A stretch of 64,000 nucleotides of DNA. Origin: Eledone cirrhosa (taxonomy: Eukaryota). The notes under the pieces were generated by a model, which saw only the letters and a program-made list of their open reading frames with translations, was not told the DNA's origin and did no database searches. Below, one piece after another: positions 46,415-59,774 of the stretch (its first letter is position 1; every line of letters begins with the position of its first letter). The stretch lies in the NCBI GenBank assembly GCA_964016885.1, contig OZ024743.1, positions 72,168,001-72,232,000 on the forward strand, in the 5' to 3' direction. The position numbers and the translations under genes were made by a program.

Positions 46415-48720
46415 TAGGGTGTTCCAGAATCTCACATTTTGCACAAAAGTGTTTTTTTCTTAAGTCCCTATGCATTTTCTCATGACATTCTGTATATTAT
46501 CAATTTATAATGTAATTTTGAATATTTCAGACTAATTTAAGCCTTGCCTAATAGTTGCAAATTGGAAGAATAATGGCGGAAACCATTGGGCCTAGTTGTA
46601 GCTACTCGCTCCGTTGTGATGATAGAGAAATATGGCTCCTGGGGCAATATGTTACATCCGTTTCACCAAACAAAATACCAACAAAGGGGGCTGTTCTAAG
46701 ATCTTTCTTCTACCTGAAAGATGGTCTTATGAAACACAAAAAGCATGTGAGCTTCAAAGGTGCTATTGCGGATAGGCTCGTGATGGAAGTAGTTAGTCAG
46801 TGGGAAAAACCTGGTGTGACGACTCAATGAAAAGACAAAGCGAAACTGAAAATTATGAACATGTAAAGTGAATACAGAAATTTACAAAAAAACAAAGGTT
46901 TTAAGTCAAACAAAGAAAAGGAAGCACTATTTATTTCTGAATTGGATTCGTATTTCTACATTGCACATACCGATGCTGAAAAGAAAATTTTGAAAGACCG
47001 TCTTCGTAATAATGAACAGAAAATGGAAGATGCTACATTTCTCGAAGCCCTGCGTGGCCAGAACAAAGTATATCTGGCTGCTGATGACAAGGGTTAATAG
47101 AAAAAGGTATTTTCAAAGTTTAAGCGTGATCAGATTTCTGTGGCACGTCGAGAGTCAGAGAACCATAGAAAGCGTTTGTCAGGGTCTGTAGCAGCACAAC
47201 TTCCACGTAATGAACTGAGTGATTCAAGTTCAACCAATGATGAAACTGAAGATGAACAGGATCCTGAATTTCAGGCCTCAAACCCACCCAGAGACAGCTC
47301 AAAGTCAGACAAGAAACGAAAAATCCAGCCGGAACTCCAAAAGAATCCATTTCAAAGTCCAAACATTTCTCTAATGGCTGATCGTTTAAACATGACACTG
47401 GGCAAGAGAACAGCATTTATGGCATCGATTATTTCTGAGGGTCTGTGGTGGGCTTGGTTTTCGACACAACTGCTTCGAATTCACAACTGCTTCGAATTCT
47501 GGATGGAAAAATGGTGCCTGCGTGAAACTAGAAGAGATGCTCAACAAAAAGGTGTTTTATTTTGCTTGTCAGCACCATGTCATGGAGCGTATCATGTGTG
47601 CAGTGTGGCAACAACTATTCGGAGCAATGTCCAGTCCAGACACCCAAGAGTTCAAGGAGTTAAAAGAAGATTGGGTGTCACTCGCGGACAAGACCAACTT
47701 TAAAACATTGAACATTGTCGACCGGAGACTCAAGCGTCTGTGTTCTGAGAACATAAAGTTCCTCCAAGATTTGCTGACATCCGACGATGGGAAAATGAGT
47801 TCTCTCCCACGGGACGATTACCGAGAATGTGCCGAGTTGATGTTGATCTTGCTTGGTGTCACCCCTCCTCGTGGAATTCATTGGATGCTGCCTGGTGCAC
47901 ATCATAACGCTTGGTGGATCTCCACAATCATCTATAGTGCAAAGATGTATGCATCTGGTGAGCGACTCAATTACGATCAAGCTAACATGGAAAAGTTGCG
48001 CCGGATCTGTATGCTCAATGCTCTGTTCAATGTCTTGTCAAAACGAAAACGTCTAGGCCTCTCGACTGTGGTGCTCCTTTATTTCCCGAGTTGAAGTCGT
48101 CCACGAAGCTGTCTCATCTATTGGGAATAAATCAAGGCTTCTGTTCGATCTCCTTGGTCTCGACGATACTTGGCTTGATCTGTCACCTGCAACTTGGTCA
48201 TCACAAGCGTCATATCAAAATGCCCGTGCTGTTGTTCACAATATCAAGGTAGACAACGATCTGGCGGAGAGAGCAGTCAAGTTGATAACTGATTTTGTTG
48301 CCATCACCAAGAATGAGGAAGAGAGGCAGTGTGTTCTTCAACTATTCGAAGCTCATCGTCGCAAGGTCCCGAATTTCAAAAAAAAAACTCTGAAAAAAAT
48401 ATGACTGGAGTTAACTTAACTGAACTTGTTTCTTCCTTGTACGCCTTTATACTCGAAGCTGGTTTACTAAATATAATGGATTAATAAAATAAACAATTAT
48501 TGTATGGTCATATTTGGTTACACATTTTCATGATTTCATGCAACATAATCACACTTTCCACTATAATCACGTTGAGCCTTGCCTATATCATTATATAAGC
48601 AAGGCTCAACGTAATTTATTTTATACAAAATAAGTTTTATTTTACCAAAGTGGGCCTTTATAATGGGGAAATACACAGGTAGCATTAGTATTGTGACCTT
48701 GCTTTTCATGGCACACTCTA
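46415..48720 (+). mobile_element. hATm-type DNA transposon, internally deleted, transposase pseudogene
   Basis: TIRs TAGGGTGTTCCAGAA / TTCATGGCACACTCTA, with 8-bp flanks ATATACAT / ATATATAT. Motifs FDTTASN.G.KNGAC, FACQHHVME, PRDDYRE, PGAHHNAWW and VDNDLAERAVKLITDF. Confidence 0.85.
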
Positions 48721-48723
48721 ATA

Positions 48724-48784
<61 letters not shown>

Positions 48785-49872
48785 ATACACAAAAATTCAT
48801 TCAACGTGTTTATCTGTATAAAGAATTAGTCCCAAATATTTTGCTCCCAACTGTAAAACGGAACGAGGAAAATGGGAACGTTTTGATTTTGTTTGCAGCA
48901 TTATAACGCTTTTTTTGCTGTAAATTTCTTTATATTTATTATAGCCAAACACGATCAATTTTTGTTATTGATTTTGTTTTAATTATATCCTGTTATTGTT
49001 TGTATTTTGTTAAAAGTTGGTTTGTTTATTCCAGTGAAATCGATATATAATATTATATAATATCACAAAAAAAATATTGATAAATATTTATATCAACAAA
49101 TCATTTATTGGTGATATGAATCAGCCTTTGGTAGACAGTCTTTAGATCTTATATGGTTGCAGCAAACCACACAGCATGGCATTACTAATTACATTGATTC
49201 AAACAATATACTATCTGCTCCAATGGTGAGCAACACAATAGATTTAAGCAATTAGCAAGTGTATATCATATATTAGCTGTGATTTTTGTTTTGTGGTCAC
49301 CTCATGGGATGAAAATTAGGTAGATTCATGTAAAAAGCATAGTGTACATTTATTTCATATAAACCAGACATTACAGCTTTCGAAGCCAAGTATAAGAACG
49401 TTTCTTTTTCAGAAGCCTAAAGAATTAGTCTTCTTTTAGAAATACTGTTTGTCTGAAAGTATTGTGGTATCCACGAATAAGACGAGACGTTGTGAGATCC
49501 AACTGATCTAAGTGAATTGCAGATTTAAAAAGGGAACAATATTAATCTCTAAAACTGAATAATCATATGAAGGTGGAATAGTGTTAAAGAAAACGTAAAA
49601 TAGAAAATAAAAATATTTCTATATTTAAATATACATTAAGCCAGATTTAAAATCTCCCAGTCTGTCTTTCCGTGTAACTTTCATGCTTAAAATAAATAAT
49701 ATACGTAAAACGGATCAACGTAATGTAGCACAACAGTTGCCTCTCTTAAAACATGTAGCTTATAAGTATTCCTTATTCTTTAACCTTATTGCGATGGTAG
49801 AGATAGTTTAATTCGGATACTTCATATTCCTTTCAAAAGATTTTTAAACAAATTCTTTTCATATATTGTCAG

Positions 49873-49957
49873 CACTCAGTATGCTGAACGCTATGGGTAA
49901 CTCTCATACTAACCATGTATGTGCGCGTGGTGGTATCCCGATACGTTCTACTGATAG
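49873..49957 (+). other. Candidate small host exon (unassigned)
   Basis: Acceptor ttgtcag, strong donor AG|GTGAGT and one open frame LSMLNAMGNSHTNHVCARGGIPIRSTD; no recognisable homology. Confidence 0.2.
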
Positions 49958-50054
49958 GTGAGTCACTGCGAGTTTCGAAGTCGGAACTATAAAATATGGA
50001 AGAATCTGCACAAGTTATCTCATTCTACACTCTAATTACGTTAACCACCGTCAT

Positions 50055-50182
50055 GGAATACTATATTTATTGACACTGAAAGGATGAAAGCCAAGTTGTC
50101 CTCGATGGTATTTAACTGAAAGATGGAATAGAGTTTGCAGGGTATTTTGTCCTACGGTCTCCTATTCCTGCCAATTCACCAT
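50055..50182 (-). mobile_element. Old diverged SINE-A-related fragment
   Basis: atttattgacactgaaaggatgaaagccaagttgtcctcgatggtatttaact...cctgccaattcacc. Confidence 0.55.
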
Positions 50183-50380
50183 CGACTGCTAAAGGTCATG
50201 TAGTTCATATAGAGTCTACATTTATCTTTCTATAGTGACGTATTAAACTGTGATTCGTTGTACTTGTGTAGAACACCAGAACAAACTTTACGCCTTCTAA
50301 GCCTGAAAGGAAACTTACTCTAAACCTTCATGTTTTAAGGTAATAAGCAGTACTTATGTAACATTTCCCTATTTAAAAAG

Positions 50381-50411
<31 letters not shown>

Positions 50412-50960
50412 TATATATATATATATTCCGCAACCAATATGCAAATCAAATATTTTAAGATCTTGTCTCTACCAGCTGTGGTCGAAAGTCGCCCAGTAAC
50501 TTACGTACATCTGACAAGACTATACATTCATGTATAAAGGTTAACAATCAACGAGAGTTGTCAATCTGTTCCTGGCTTTAAAGGCAATGGCATTTCTGAT
50601 GGCATTAAATCCAAGTTAACAAGAATAACATTTACCAATAGTACGAAATAAAAAGAAAATCTAATAAACAATGGACAATTGTTTGTTTAAACTTTTCTAG
50701 AAACAAAACTGAAAGGATAAACATGACCAACTCACCGTCATGATAAATACTTCATCTAAAGAAAAAAACTAGTTCTTACATAACATTTTCTTTATATCTA
50801 TCCGACTGTCATTAGCAGACTATTTACATTTGTCCGTCTGCTATACTGTCAAGCTTTATACCTCATACCTACAAAACTATATATCTTTTTAACACTCACA
50901 TTCAGTAGATATGGTAATAGATGTGCAATCGTGCGTTTCTGATTTCTCTCTCTCTCTCTC

Positions 50961-50997
<37 letters not shown>

Positions 50998-51001
50998 AAA
51001 T

Positions 51002-51185
51002 AGTCGGGACCCCGACGGCTGAGCTACGGCCGTTTCGACAGGTATTTCTGTAATCAAAAGCTGTCGAAACGGCCGGAGCTCAGCCGTCTGGGTCCTGACT
51101 CTTTTACTATACCCACTCTACTACCCATAGTATCGAGTATTCTGGAGCGCTATGGTCCACTTGGTTCCTTACTACACTTCCTTCG

Positions 51186-51188
<3 letters not shown>
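51002..51188. repeat. Inverted pair of hammerhead 3' halves (PLE terminal family) in (TA)n
   Basis: agtcgggaccccgacggctgagctacggccgtttcgacag (51002-51041) is inverted relative to ctgtcgaaacggccggagctcagccgtctgggtcctgact (51061-51100). Confidence 0.8.
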
Positions 51189-51266
<78 letters not shown>

Positions 51267-51332
51267 CACATCGATTAGCTTAGATTGCAAATAGAAATAG
51301 AATATGTTAAACTGAAACTTTGAATTCTCATA

Positions 51333-51363
<31 letters not shown>

Positions 51364-51401
51364 CTACATATATAATATATATATATATATATATATACTA
51401 C

Positions 51402-51478
<77 letters not shown>

Positions 51479-52289
51479 ATAAATTGTGTATAAAATGGAG
51501 TAATTACCATTCTTTAGGTAGGTGCCCATGCAGACATTAGCAGAAACAAGCGCCCTTTCTCTTCTCGCTCCCTAGATCCAGTGAAATATTTTCAGAATAT
51601 GACAGGTTGGAGTGAGGACCACAACACCGCTGGGCTGGTACTTCATTATAGAAGGTGATTGGTTATAACTAAAAGTAGGCCTTGGCAGAATTTAAACGTA
51701 AAATGCAGCGAAGTGGAACATGCGTGTGTGTAAGCAACCAACCCCACATACCCACACACAAGCGCAAACATACACCTCTTTATATATATTAATTTTAAGA
51801 ATACTGTCAATGTTATGTATGTTACAGGTGCTAATATTTCTGTCGACATGTACGATGCCGTAAGTTATGGTAATACTCACTTGAGGTATTAACTAAAGAC
51901 AAACTATATAGGCAATTCCTGTGATGGTGTACACCATTTCCTTAGTACCAACACATATCAGGATATTTAATAATCAGGCTATACTCCGTTCATTCTATAT
52001 GCAGCTTAACAAGGTCGGATTAGTGTGCGCGGACGTATGTGAGTGAGTACGTATGTATGCGTGTATGTACGTATCTATCTATCTGTGTATATTTGAATAA
52101 CTTGCGCTTTTTGAATACGTAGCAATCTTTAAGGTTATAAAAACGGTGGGAGGGGGGGTTGATTGAACATTTGGAGGTATGCCAGCATTGGCACAGCCCA
52201 GTATTGAAAATAGCAGAAGGGTTTAAATGTATTCTATCTATCTTTCCCTCTATCTATCTATCTATCTATCTATCTACCTATGTATCTAT

Positions 52290-52636
52290 CGGTGAGAGTA
52301 GAGAGAGTGGGGCTACACCACAGTAGACTCGCTGAAAGTTGCGTGAATGTGGCGAAAATGGCCCGAGCGAATGGGCCTTCTCTGTATATAAACCTGGTTG
52401 AGGAAGATAAACAGAGGGAAGACAGGAACACCTACAAGGTGATGAGGGTTGTTCTATCCACGGGGTGTAAAACATCACTGCAGTAACGTTTCCCCCTATT
52501 GGGGATTTCAAATGTTATTTTATTATATATAGTTTATTGTTTTTTATTAATGTTAAGGTAATATGATTTTTATGTAAAACCCCGGCCGTCACGTCTTGTA
52601 ATGTCCCATTTGTATACGCCCCTATTGAAAAAAAAG
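52290..52636 (+). mobile_element. 3' fragment of a Tx1/L1-clade LINE in (TATC)n
   Basis: VRVERVGL....AESCVNVAKMARANGPSL is homologous to the ORF2 end at 62565-62670; A-rich end. Confidence 0.7.
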
Positions 52637-52675
52637 ACAGATATCTATCTACCTACCTACCTACCTATCTACCTA

Positions 52676-52735
<60 letters not shown>

Positions 52736-52934
52736 CGTATATATATATTATATATATATATCTACGTATCTACCATCTTGTCTATCTATCATACACACAA
52801 GTTGGACAAGAGCTTTAAGCACGAACTACTCTGACATTGTGTGATTGATGTAACTCTCTGGCTATAACATCACTCTAAGTATTGAGTTATATTTGTCATG
52901 CTTTTACAACCAAACCTATTTCAGTACATCTAGG

Positions 52935-53020
<86 letters not shown>

Positions 53021-53123
53021 TTTGCTTGTTGTATCCCAACAAATTAAATATAAAAATATAACTTCTACATATATATATGTATGTGTGTGTGTATATATAT
53101 ATATATTTATATATATATATATA

Positions 53124-53177
<54 letters not shown>

Positions 53178-53192
53178 CACACACACAGACAG

Positions 53193-53279
<87 letters not shown>

Positions 53280-53773
53280 CATATATGTATATATAAATAT
53301 ATATTTTATGATACGATGAACACAGAGATAAAATAACACGTTCTTATTAGTAAAAAAAACTATATTTATGCATATAATAATACGTGTGTTTAATCATGCA
53401 TGCATAAATAATTATATATATATGTGTGTGTTAGTGTCTGTGTATTTCTGTGTGTGCCTGTGTGTCTGTGCCTGTGTTTTGTGTGTGTGTTTAGGTCAAT
53501 AAATGACTACATTTGCGTGCAGCCATATAACTATAATTTGATTTGGTGTAGGAAAACTGAGCGAACCAGACTCGCGTGATGAGATGTGAGGACTCTTCTC
53601 AAAACCAATAATTGATTAACAGTTCAATGTTCCTCTGACTTTTTACTAATTTATTATTTCATGCCTTATTTAACAATTTTATCGGCCAGGCTCTGAAGGA
53701 TTGTTACACACACACACACGGATACATTATATGTTCTACATGATATATCTAGTATAACTTATATAGATAATGA

Positions 53774-53839
<66 letters not shown>

Positions 53840-54224
53840 CATAGACACACATACACACACACCCATATATATATACACACACAGACACATATATATATAC
53901 ACTGGTCCATTGAGCATAGTGTAAAATCTATTAATTGAAAGGTCAGAATGTTTACACTCATACACATACTCGTACAAAACATGTACCCGCACAGGTACAA
54001 CCGCACTAGCACTCATTCAAACATACATACACATGTATACGCACACACAAAAAACACACACATATACGCACACACACACACACTCACGCACAAACATGCT
54101 CTCACGCTCACAAACAAGCACACACACTCATAATATATATTATATATAATTGGTATTTGATGCTTAAAGTGTCCGTATGTGGTAGGGCGTATGAGCACTC
54201 GATGCCTTCATAGAGCAGAGTATG

Positions 54225-54701
54225 ATATCACAGAGAAAAAAAGAATCAGTGTTGCGAGGAACGGAATTTATTGGACATATTACAATCGTTTCTCGGGCGA
54301 CAAGCTTGAAGCACGATCGATATGGTGATCAAACCTGACTCTGGGCCTCTCTCCCACCACAGATGTAATTCTAATATATGGAGAAATTTTGATTGGCAGG
54401 TGGAGAACGAGTAGAACCAAACAGTGGGCAACCATGAGTGGCTAGACATACCGGTGACGTGTACAATTCTTGATCACCCATGGAATGACAACAAAGGGAT
54501 CTAAATCAACAAACGAAGGAATTCGATGTTAAAGGACAATAGGAAAATCTCCTTCGTAGAATCGAGACGTATCCGAGGACCCCGCGATTTCAGAGTTAGG
54601 TTTGATCACCACATCGATCGTGCCTCAAGCTGGTCGTCCGAGAAACAATTGTAATATGTCCAATAAATTTCTTTCGTCGCAACACTGATTCTCTTTTTTC
54701 T

Positions 54702-54708
<7 letters not shown>
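54225..54708. mobile_element. PLE-terminus-like element with ~120-bp inverted arms
   Basis: 54225-54343 is the reverse complement of ~54591-54708; same family as 10741 and 17400. Confidence 0.8.
54566..54660 (+). ncRNA. Type I hammerhead with C4 core
   Basis: GACGTAT-CCGAGGA-ccccGCGA...TCGTccga-GAAA-CAATTG-TA-ATATGTC; 7-bp stem I and palindromic stem III. Confidence 0.62.
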
Positions 54709-54766
<58 letters not shown>

Positions 54767-56109
54767 CAAAATATTAACAGATGAAGATATTCACATAATC
54801 AAAATATATGCTTTATTATATATATTTCGAAGGTACTGTGTTGTTTTTTTCCAGTACGTCCTCGTGAGATAAAATATATGATTTGATATATGACATACCT
54901 CTACGGTTTTGATATTTCAATTCCAGTATTGGCACTGATTTATTTCATCAAATCTCAACATTTATATACCACAAATAATAATATGATAAACTTAGAGAAG
55001 AAAAGGACGTGGAGCGAATTAGAGATATACGAGAGGGTGTAAACAAGAGGAGATGCAAGAATAAATAAGAAAAAGAAAGTAAAAAAATACATATATAAAT
55101 ATTTATATGAATAAATAGATGGGTGAATAGAGGAAGAAATATATATAAAAAAGAAGAAAAAGAAGAAAGAAGAAATAGCGTCAAAAGAAATGATCGGGGA
55201 GGGCGGATAAGTAGAAAACACCGTCGTTTTCAAATATTAGGTCAATTAAGGGAACGAATCGATTACCATAAACCATTGAATATCTCTAGTATTTGGTTAT
55301 GGTTAAGCTAATTATACTTATATAATATATCAAAATTAATCAATATACATTACTTTTCATAGCCGTCACATAATTATTTAATTAAACATTTATATAATTT
55401 AATTTAACTCATTATAGATTTTAATTTCTGGTTTAGGTAATATATTGCATAAGTTTTTTGTTACAACTTTAAAAAATTAATCTTTAAAGCATATTTAAAT
55501 AATTATTAAACCTGTATTAAAATATATATTAAAATACATGCATAATCACCACTATAAAATCGTTTCAAATCTTTAATTATCATATAATTACAGGATTAAA
55601 TTTTAGTTATATTTACTCTGAAAAGTTTAATTTCGTTAATTTATATTTACTTCAGTAATTACAAATTATTACAATTCTTTTTAAAGAAATTCTTATATTA
55701 TTCAACTATATAATTTATGTCAAAAATTAAAATAGCAAACTATTCAAACAGAATAAAGATATTTGCGAAGAATGTAAACAAAAGGAAGATAACTCATTCA
55801 CCGTATGTGAGCATTAAACAATATATCTACTCTGAAATCTAGTGATATTTCTAAACCATAAATCAACAATTGTCAAGTTAAATATTGAACTAACCTGATC
55901 AAAACGTAGGATACAGAGATTCATAATGAAATTATTATAATAGATAAAACATCAATATATTATTACTCCAGTAAGGCAAAAATTATTAATATAAATATAT
56001 TTATTAAATTATTAATTGTCAATATTCTTTCGAAACTTGTATAAAGATTGGAATGTTTTACCGGTTCTATGTTGACAGCTGCTAAATAATTATTTCTTCT
56101 TGTTAATTA

Positions 56110-57050
56110 AATTGTCATCATTTGTAATTATCAATAGAGTCTCGAGATTGCAAAGATTGCAATTTGGCGAAATGGAAGCGTTCCGATAGGAATTGGCATT
56201 CTTTAGTCGTGTCCAAGAGATGGAGTATTTAATATTCTTGTCCTTCAAAGACCATGTTAATTGTGAGAGTGAAGTGGAAAACTTTTTGTCTTGTTTCGAA
56301 AGGAATTTTTATGATTGTACCAACAAACCTTAAACCCAGATGAAGTCGCACCAAAGTAGTTATATAAATGATTATTTGTCTTAATAAGGCGCGGTGGATT
56401 GGCAGTGTCGGTAGAGGGTCGGACGCCATGCTTTCCAGCATAGTTAAGTCCCTTTACGATCTGAGTTCAAATCCCGCCGAGGTTAACTTTGCCTTTCATC
56501 CTTGCGGGGTCGATAAAATAAAGTACCAGCAATGCACTGGCTATTTGTTGGCCTTGTGCCTAAAGTAGAAACAATTATTTGTCTTAATGGAGCATTTATA
56601 TACTAGATTCTTATTTTGTAAGGAACATTCTGACTTCCTTCTACAGTTACATTTCTTCTCGATGTTATTTCTATACCCTAAACTATTCATGTTATTATTA
56701 TTATCTAAATTCGTACTATTATCTACTATTATTCGTATTTAAGTTATTATTATTGTTATTCCCATTAAGTAATGCATTATTATTGTTATTATCGCTATTT
56801 ATATGTTGGTTCAAATTAAGATTTTTACTATTTATTTTTGCTATAATTTGAGCAATATTCATAGTTGTTGAATAAGAGAGTTTAACTGTGTGTCTATTGA
56901 AGATAGCGTAATAGTTATGTGATCTAGAGAAGCATTTATCTAAGGCTTTAAAAAATAATTCTGCTAAAGGTGTTTTAATAGCTAAAGATGCTGGCGGAGC
57001 ATACCAAATTATAGATCTAGTTCTTATTTTTTTCGCCGATTTATTCCTCA
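56110..57050 (-). pseudogene. PLE linker plus GIY-YIG remnant, interrupted by a SINE; AT-rich 3' region continues toward ~54800
   Basis: RTRSIIWYAPP...FFKALDKCF..SHNYYAIFNRHTVKLSYSTTMNIAQII, an Asn-rich tract, then YFGATSSGFKVCWYNHKNSF...LSQLTWSLKDKNIKYSISW...CNLCNLE. Confidence 0.85.
56386..56573 (+). mobile_element. Full-length SINE-A with 15-bp target-site duplication
   Basis: ATTATTTGTCTTAAT at 56371-56385 and 56574-56588. Confidence 0.92.
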
Positions 57051-57073
57051 AGTTGTTGTTATTATAGACATTA

Positions 57074-57107
<34 letters not shown>

Positions 57108-57109
<2 letters not shown>

Positions 57110-59612
57110 GTTTAAATGTTCGCGGCCTGGGGTCACCCTGGAAGCAGGGTTGTCTGCTCAACGACCTCAGGTCGCTGGAAATGGATGTGATTGCCGTCAG
57201 CGAGACCAGAATTTCCGACACGCGCGCACTAGCCCCCATTTTCGACGACTATCAGATGTTAGCATCTGCTAGAAGGCCGGGAATGGGAGGTGGGGTGCCA
57301 GTGCTGTTTAGGAAAGGACTGGATCTCGAGGTAAGGTCGATCTTCCGGGACCCGGACGGTAAGTTGGTGGTCTTGGACGTGAGCAGTAGGGAAGGTGGTG
57401 CCTTTAGACTGCTAGACGTCTACGCACCTACAGGGGCCGGACGACCGGACTTCTTTAGGCACCTGGAGACCTTTCTGGGTACGTCTCGCTCTGTTAGCGG
57501 GGGACTGGAATGGCATCTTAGACGCACGCTGGGATTGTGTGGGAGTAGCCGATAGGAGCGGGGGGTGCAAAAGCCTCAAGCACCTACTCAGCCAGTTCCA
57601 ACTGTCTGACAAGTATCGATTACATTTCCCATATGTGCCAGTGTGGACATGGACCAAACGAATGGGCTCATCTAGATCGTATATAGACAGGATCTTCATT
57701 AGGAAAATAGATAGAAATAGTGTGGGCTGCCCACTTTTTAAAACGGTCGCCTATTCAGATCACAAATTTGTGATCTGTACGGCCGACCTAGATAAAACGC
57801 GTAGGTTAGGACCGGGTTACTGGAAGCTGAACATGTCATTTCCGGCACGTAAGGTTTACAGGGATCGAGTCAACAATTTAGTTAAGAAAAAGTTGACAGG
57901 GGGATCATCAACAACAGATGGTGAGGGGATCTCAAAAGAGAGATTACAGTAACTTCGATAGAGTTCAGCAAAGAACTAGCGTTAGAGAAAAATAGAAAGG
58001 AGGGGGAGCTGGTAGATAAGTTAGACGAGACTATTTGTAGTGGCATTGCAACTGACGTGCTAGCGGCGAGAATGGCATTAGACCATTTATTCAATGCGAA
58101 ACACGAAGGTTTCATTGTCAAATCTAAGGCGCCTGCGCTGAGAAACGGGGGAACCAAAGCTGTTCGATGGGCCCACGTGGCGGAGACGCAGCGTGGTAAT
58201 AAAGCCACAAATCGGTCTTTGGCGAACCGAGACGGACACGAGATAAACGATTCCAAACGGATGTGTGAGGCCTTTCTCCAGCACTTTTCTCGGTTGTTCG
58301 GGGAGAGTGGCGAGTCAGAGAGAGTAGTGGATTTCAGTCCCTACCTTGACGGCTTGCCGCGCATCTTGACGGTCGACGCTGAGCGTTGAGAAAGGCCGAT
58401 TACCTCAGCCGAAATTCAGGACGCCCTTATCAGCTGCATGAGGCGCAAGTCACCCGGTTTGGATGGCCTGCCTTACGAGCTTTACGTAAATATGCCAGAC
58501 CTGTTCTCCGAACTCCTCGAAGCACTCTACTGCAACTGGCAGCAGAATGGGAGTATTCCCAGTTCTGAGAGCAGGGGGTGGTGACGCTGATAAGGAAAGA
58601 CGAGAACAAAAGGGATACATTAGACAACTTCAGGCCCATAACTCTGCTCAACACAGAGTTTAAGAATTTGTCCAAGGTGTTACAAAGAGATTGGCGCCTG
58701 TCGTCGAGGATTTGGTTGGGGAGGCGCAAACTTGCGCAATCCCAGCCAGGTCCATACACGACAATCTCCACCTCATGCGATACATCATAGAGAGGGTAGA
58801 GTGGCTTCGGTGGGGCACTGATCAATTTAGATCAATCAAAAGCATTCGATAGGGTCGACCACCGGTATCTGGAGTTTGTCCTCAAAGCAGCTGGCTTCGG
58901 CCTTGTCTTCAGAAGCTGGATCGCTGCAATGCACAGCGGCACACGCACGGTGGTCAATTGACTCTCGAGCCTTTACTGCGGAGGCTTGAGCTATTGCAAG
59001 GCATCCATCTCGAACCGAGACGTGTAAAGGCGGTGTCGGCTTATGCGGAAAACATCACCGTGGTGGTGTCGAACAGCTCAGAAATCGAGGTGGTCGGCAC
59101 CTTATTGAAGGAATGTGAAAGGTTGACAGGAGCCAAACTTAACCCGGAAAAGTCGATGGGCTTGCAGCTCGGAACATGGTGAGGCAAGCCCATGCCGTCC
59201 AACAGCGTCGAGAGACGCTGGACAGACGGATCGGTAAAGTTGCTCAAGGGGTTTGGTTCCGTCCAGATCTCCAGGTGGAAAAGAATTGGGACGTGGTTTC
59301 GAGCAGAGTAGCCAGTCTCACCCAAAAAGGGGCTGGGAGGAAGCGATCACTGAATGGTCGCGCGGAGGTGGCGAATGCGTATATCGCGTCCGACATCTAC
59401 TACCGCGTGACCATCGTGCCTTGCCCCCGTCAGCGCCTCGTCAAGTTGGAACGGCTCCTCTTCAAATTCTTGTGGAGGGGACAAGTTCCGTTGGTGAGGC
59501 GGTACATCTGCTGCCAGCACCCTCTACGCGGAGGGCTGGGCATGCCGTGGGTAATGATGCGCAGACATGCGTTGACGCTGCGACATCTCCGGATATTCTG
59601 CTTCAACGGTGA
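57108..59612 (+). pseudogene. Tx1/L1-clade LINE ORF2, 5' part (APE endonuclease plus RT), frameshifted
   Basis: SLNVRGL, DVIAVSETR, SDHK, GPGYWKLN, KSPGLDGLPYELY, NFRPITLLNTEFK, LDQSKAFDRVDH, AYAEN (decayed YADD). Begins at an (ATT)n tract. Confidence 0.88.
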
Positions 59613-59616
59613 ACGG

Positions 59617-59770
59617 CCGCCATGCATTGACACACAGAGTTATGGCCCTTGCCATTCTGAGTTCAAATCCCGCCGAGGTTAACTTTGTCTTTCATCCTTA
59701 CGGGGTCGATAAAATAAAGTACCAGTAATGCACTGGGTATTTGCTGGCCTTGTGCCAAAAGTGGAACCGA
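59617..59770 (+). mobile_element. SINE-A (5'-truncated) inside the Tx1 element
   Basis: GAGTTCAAATCCCGCCGAGG...GGCCTTGTGCCAAAAGTGGAAC, then (ATT)n. Confidence 0.85.
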
Positions 59771-59774
59771 TTAT

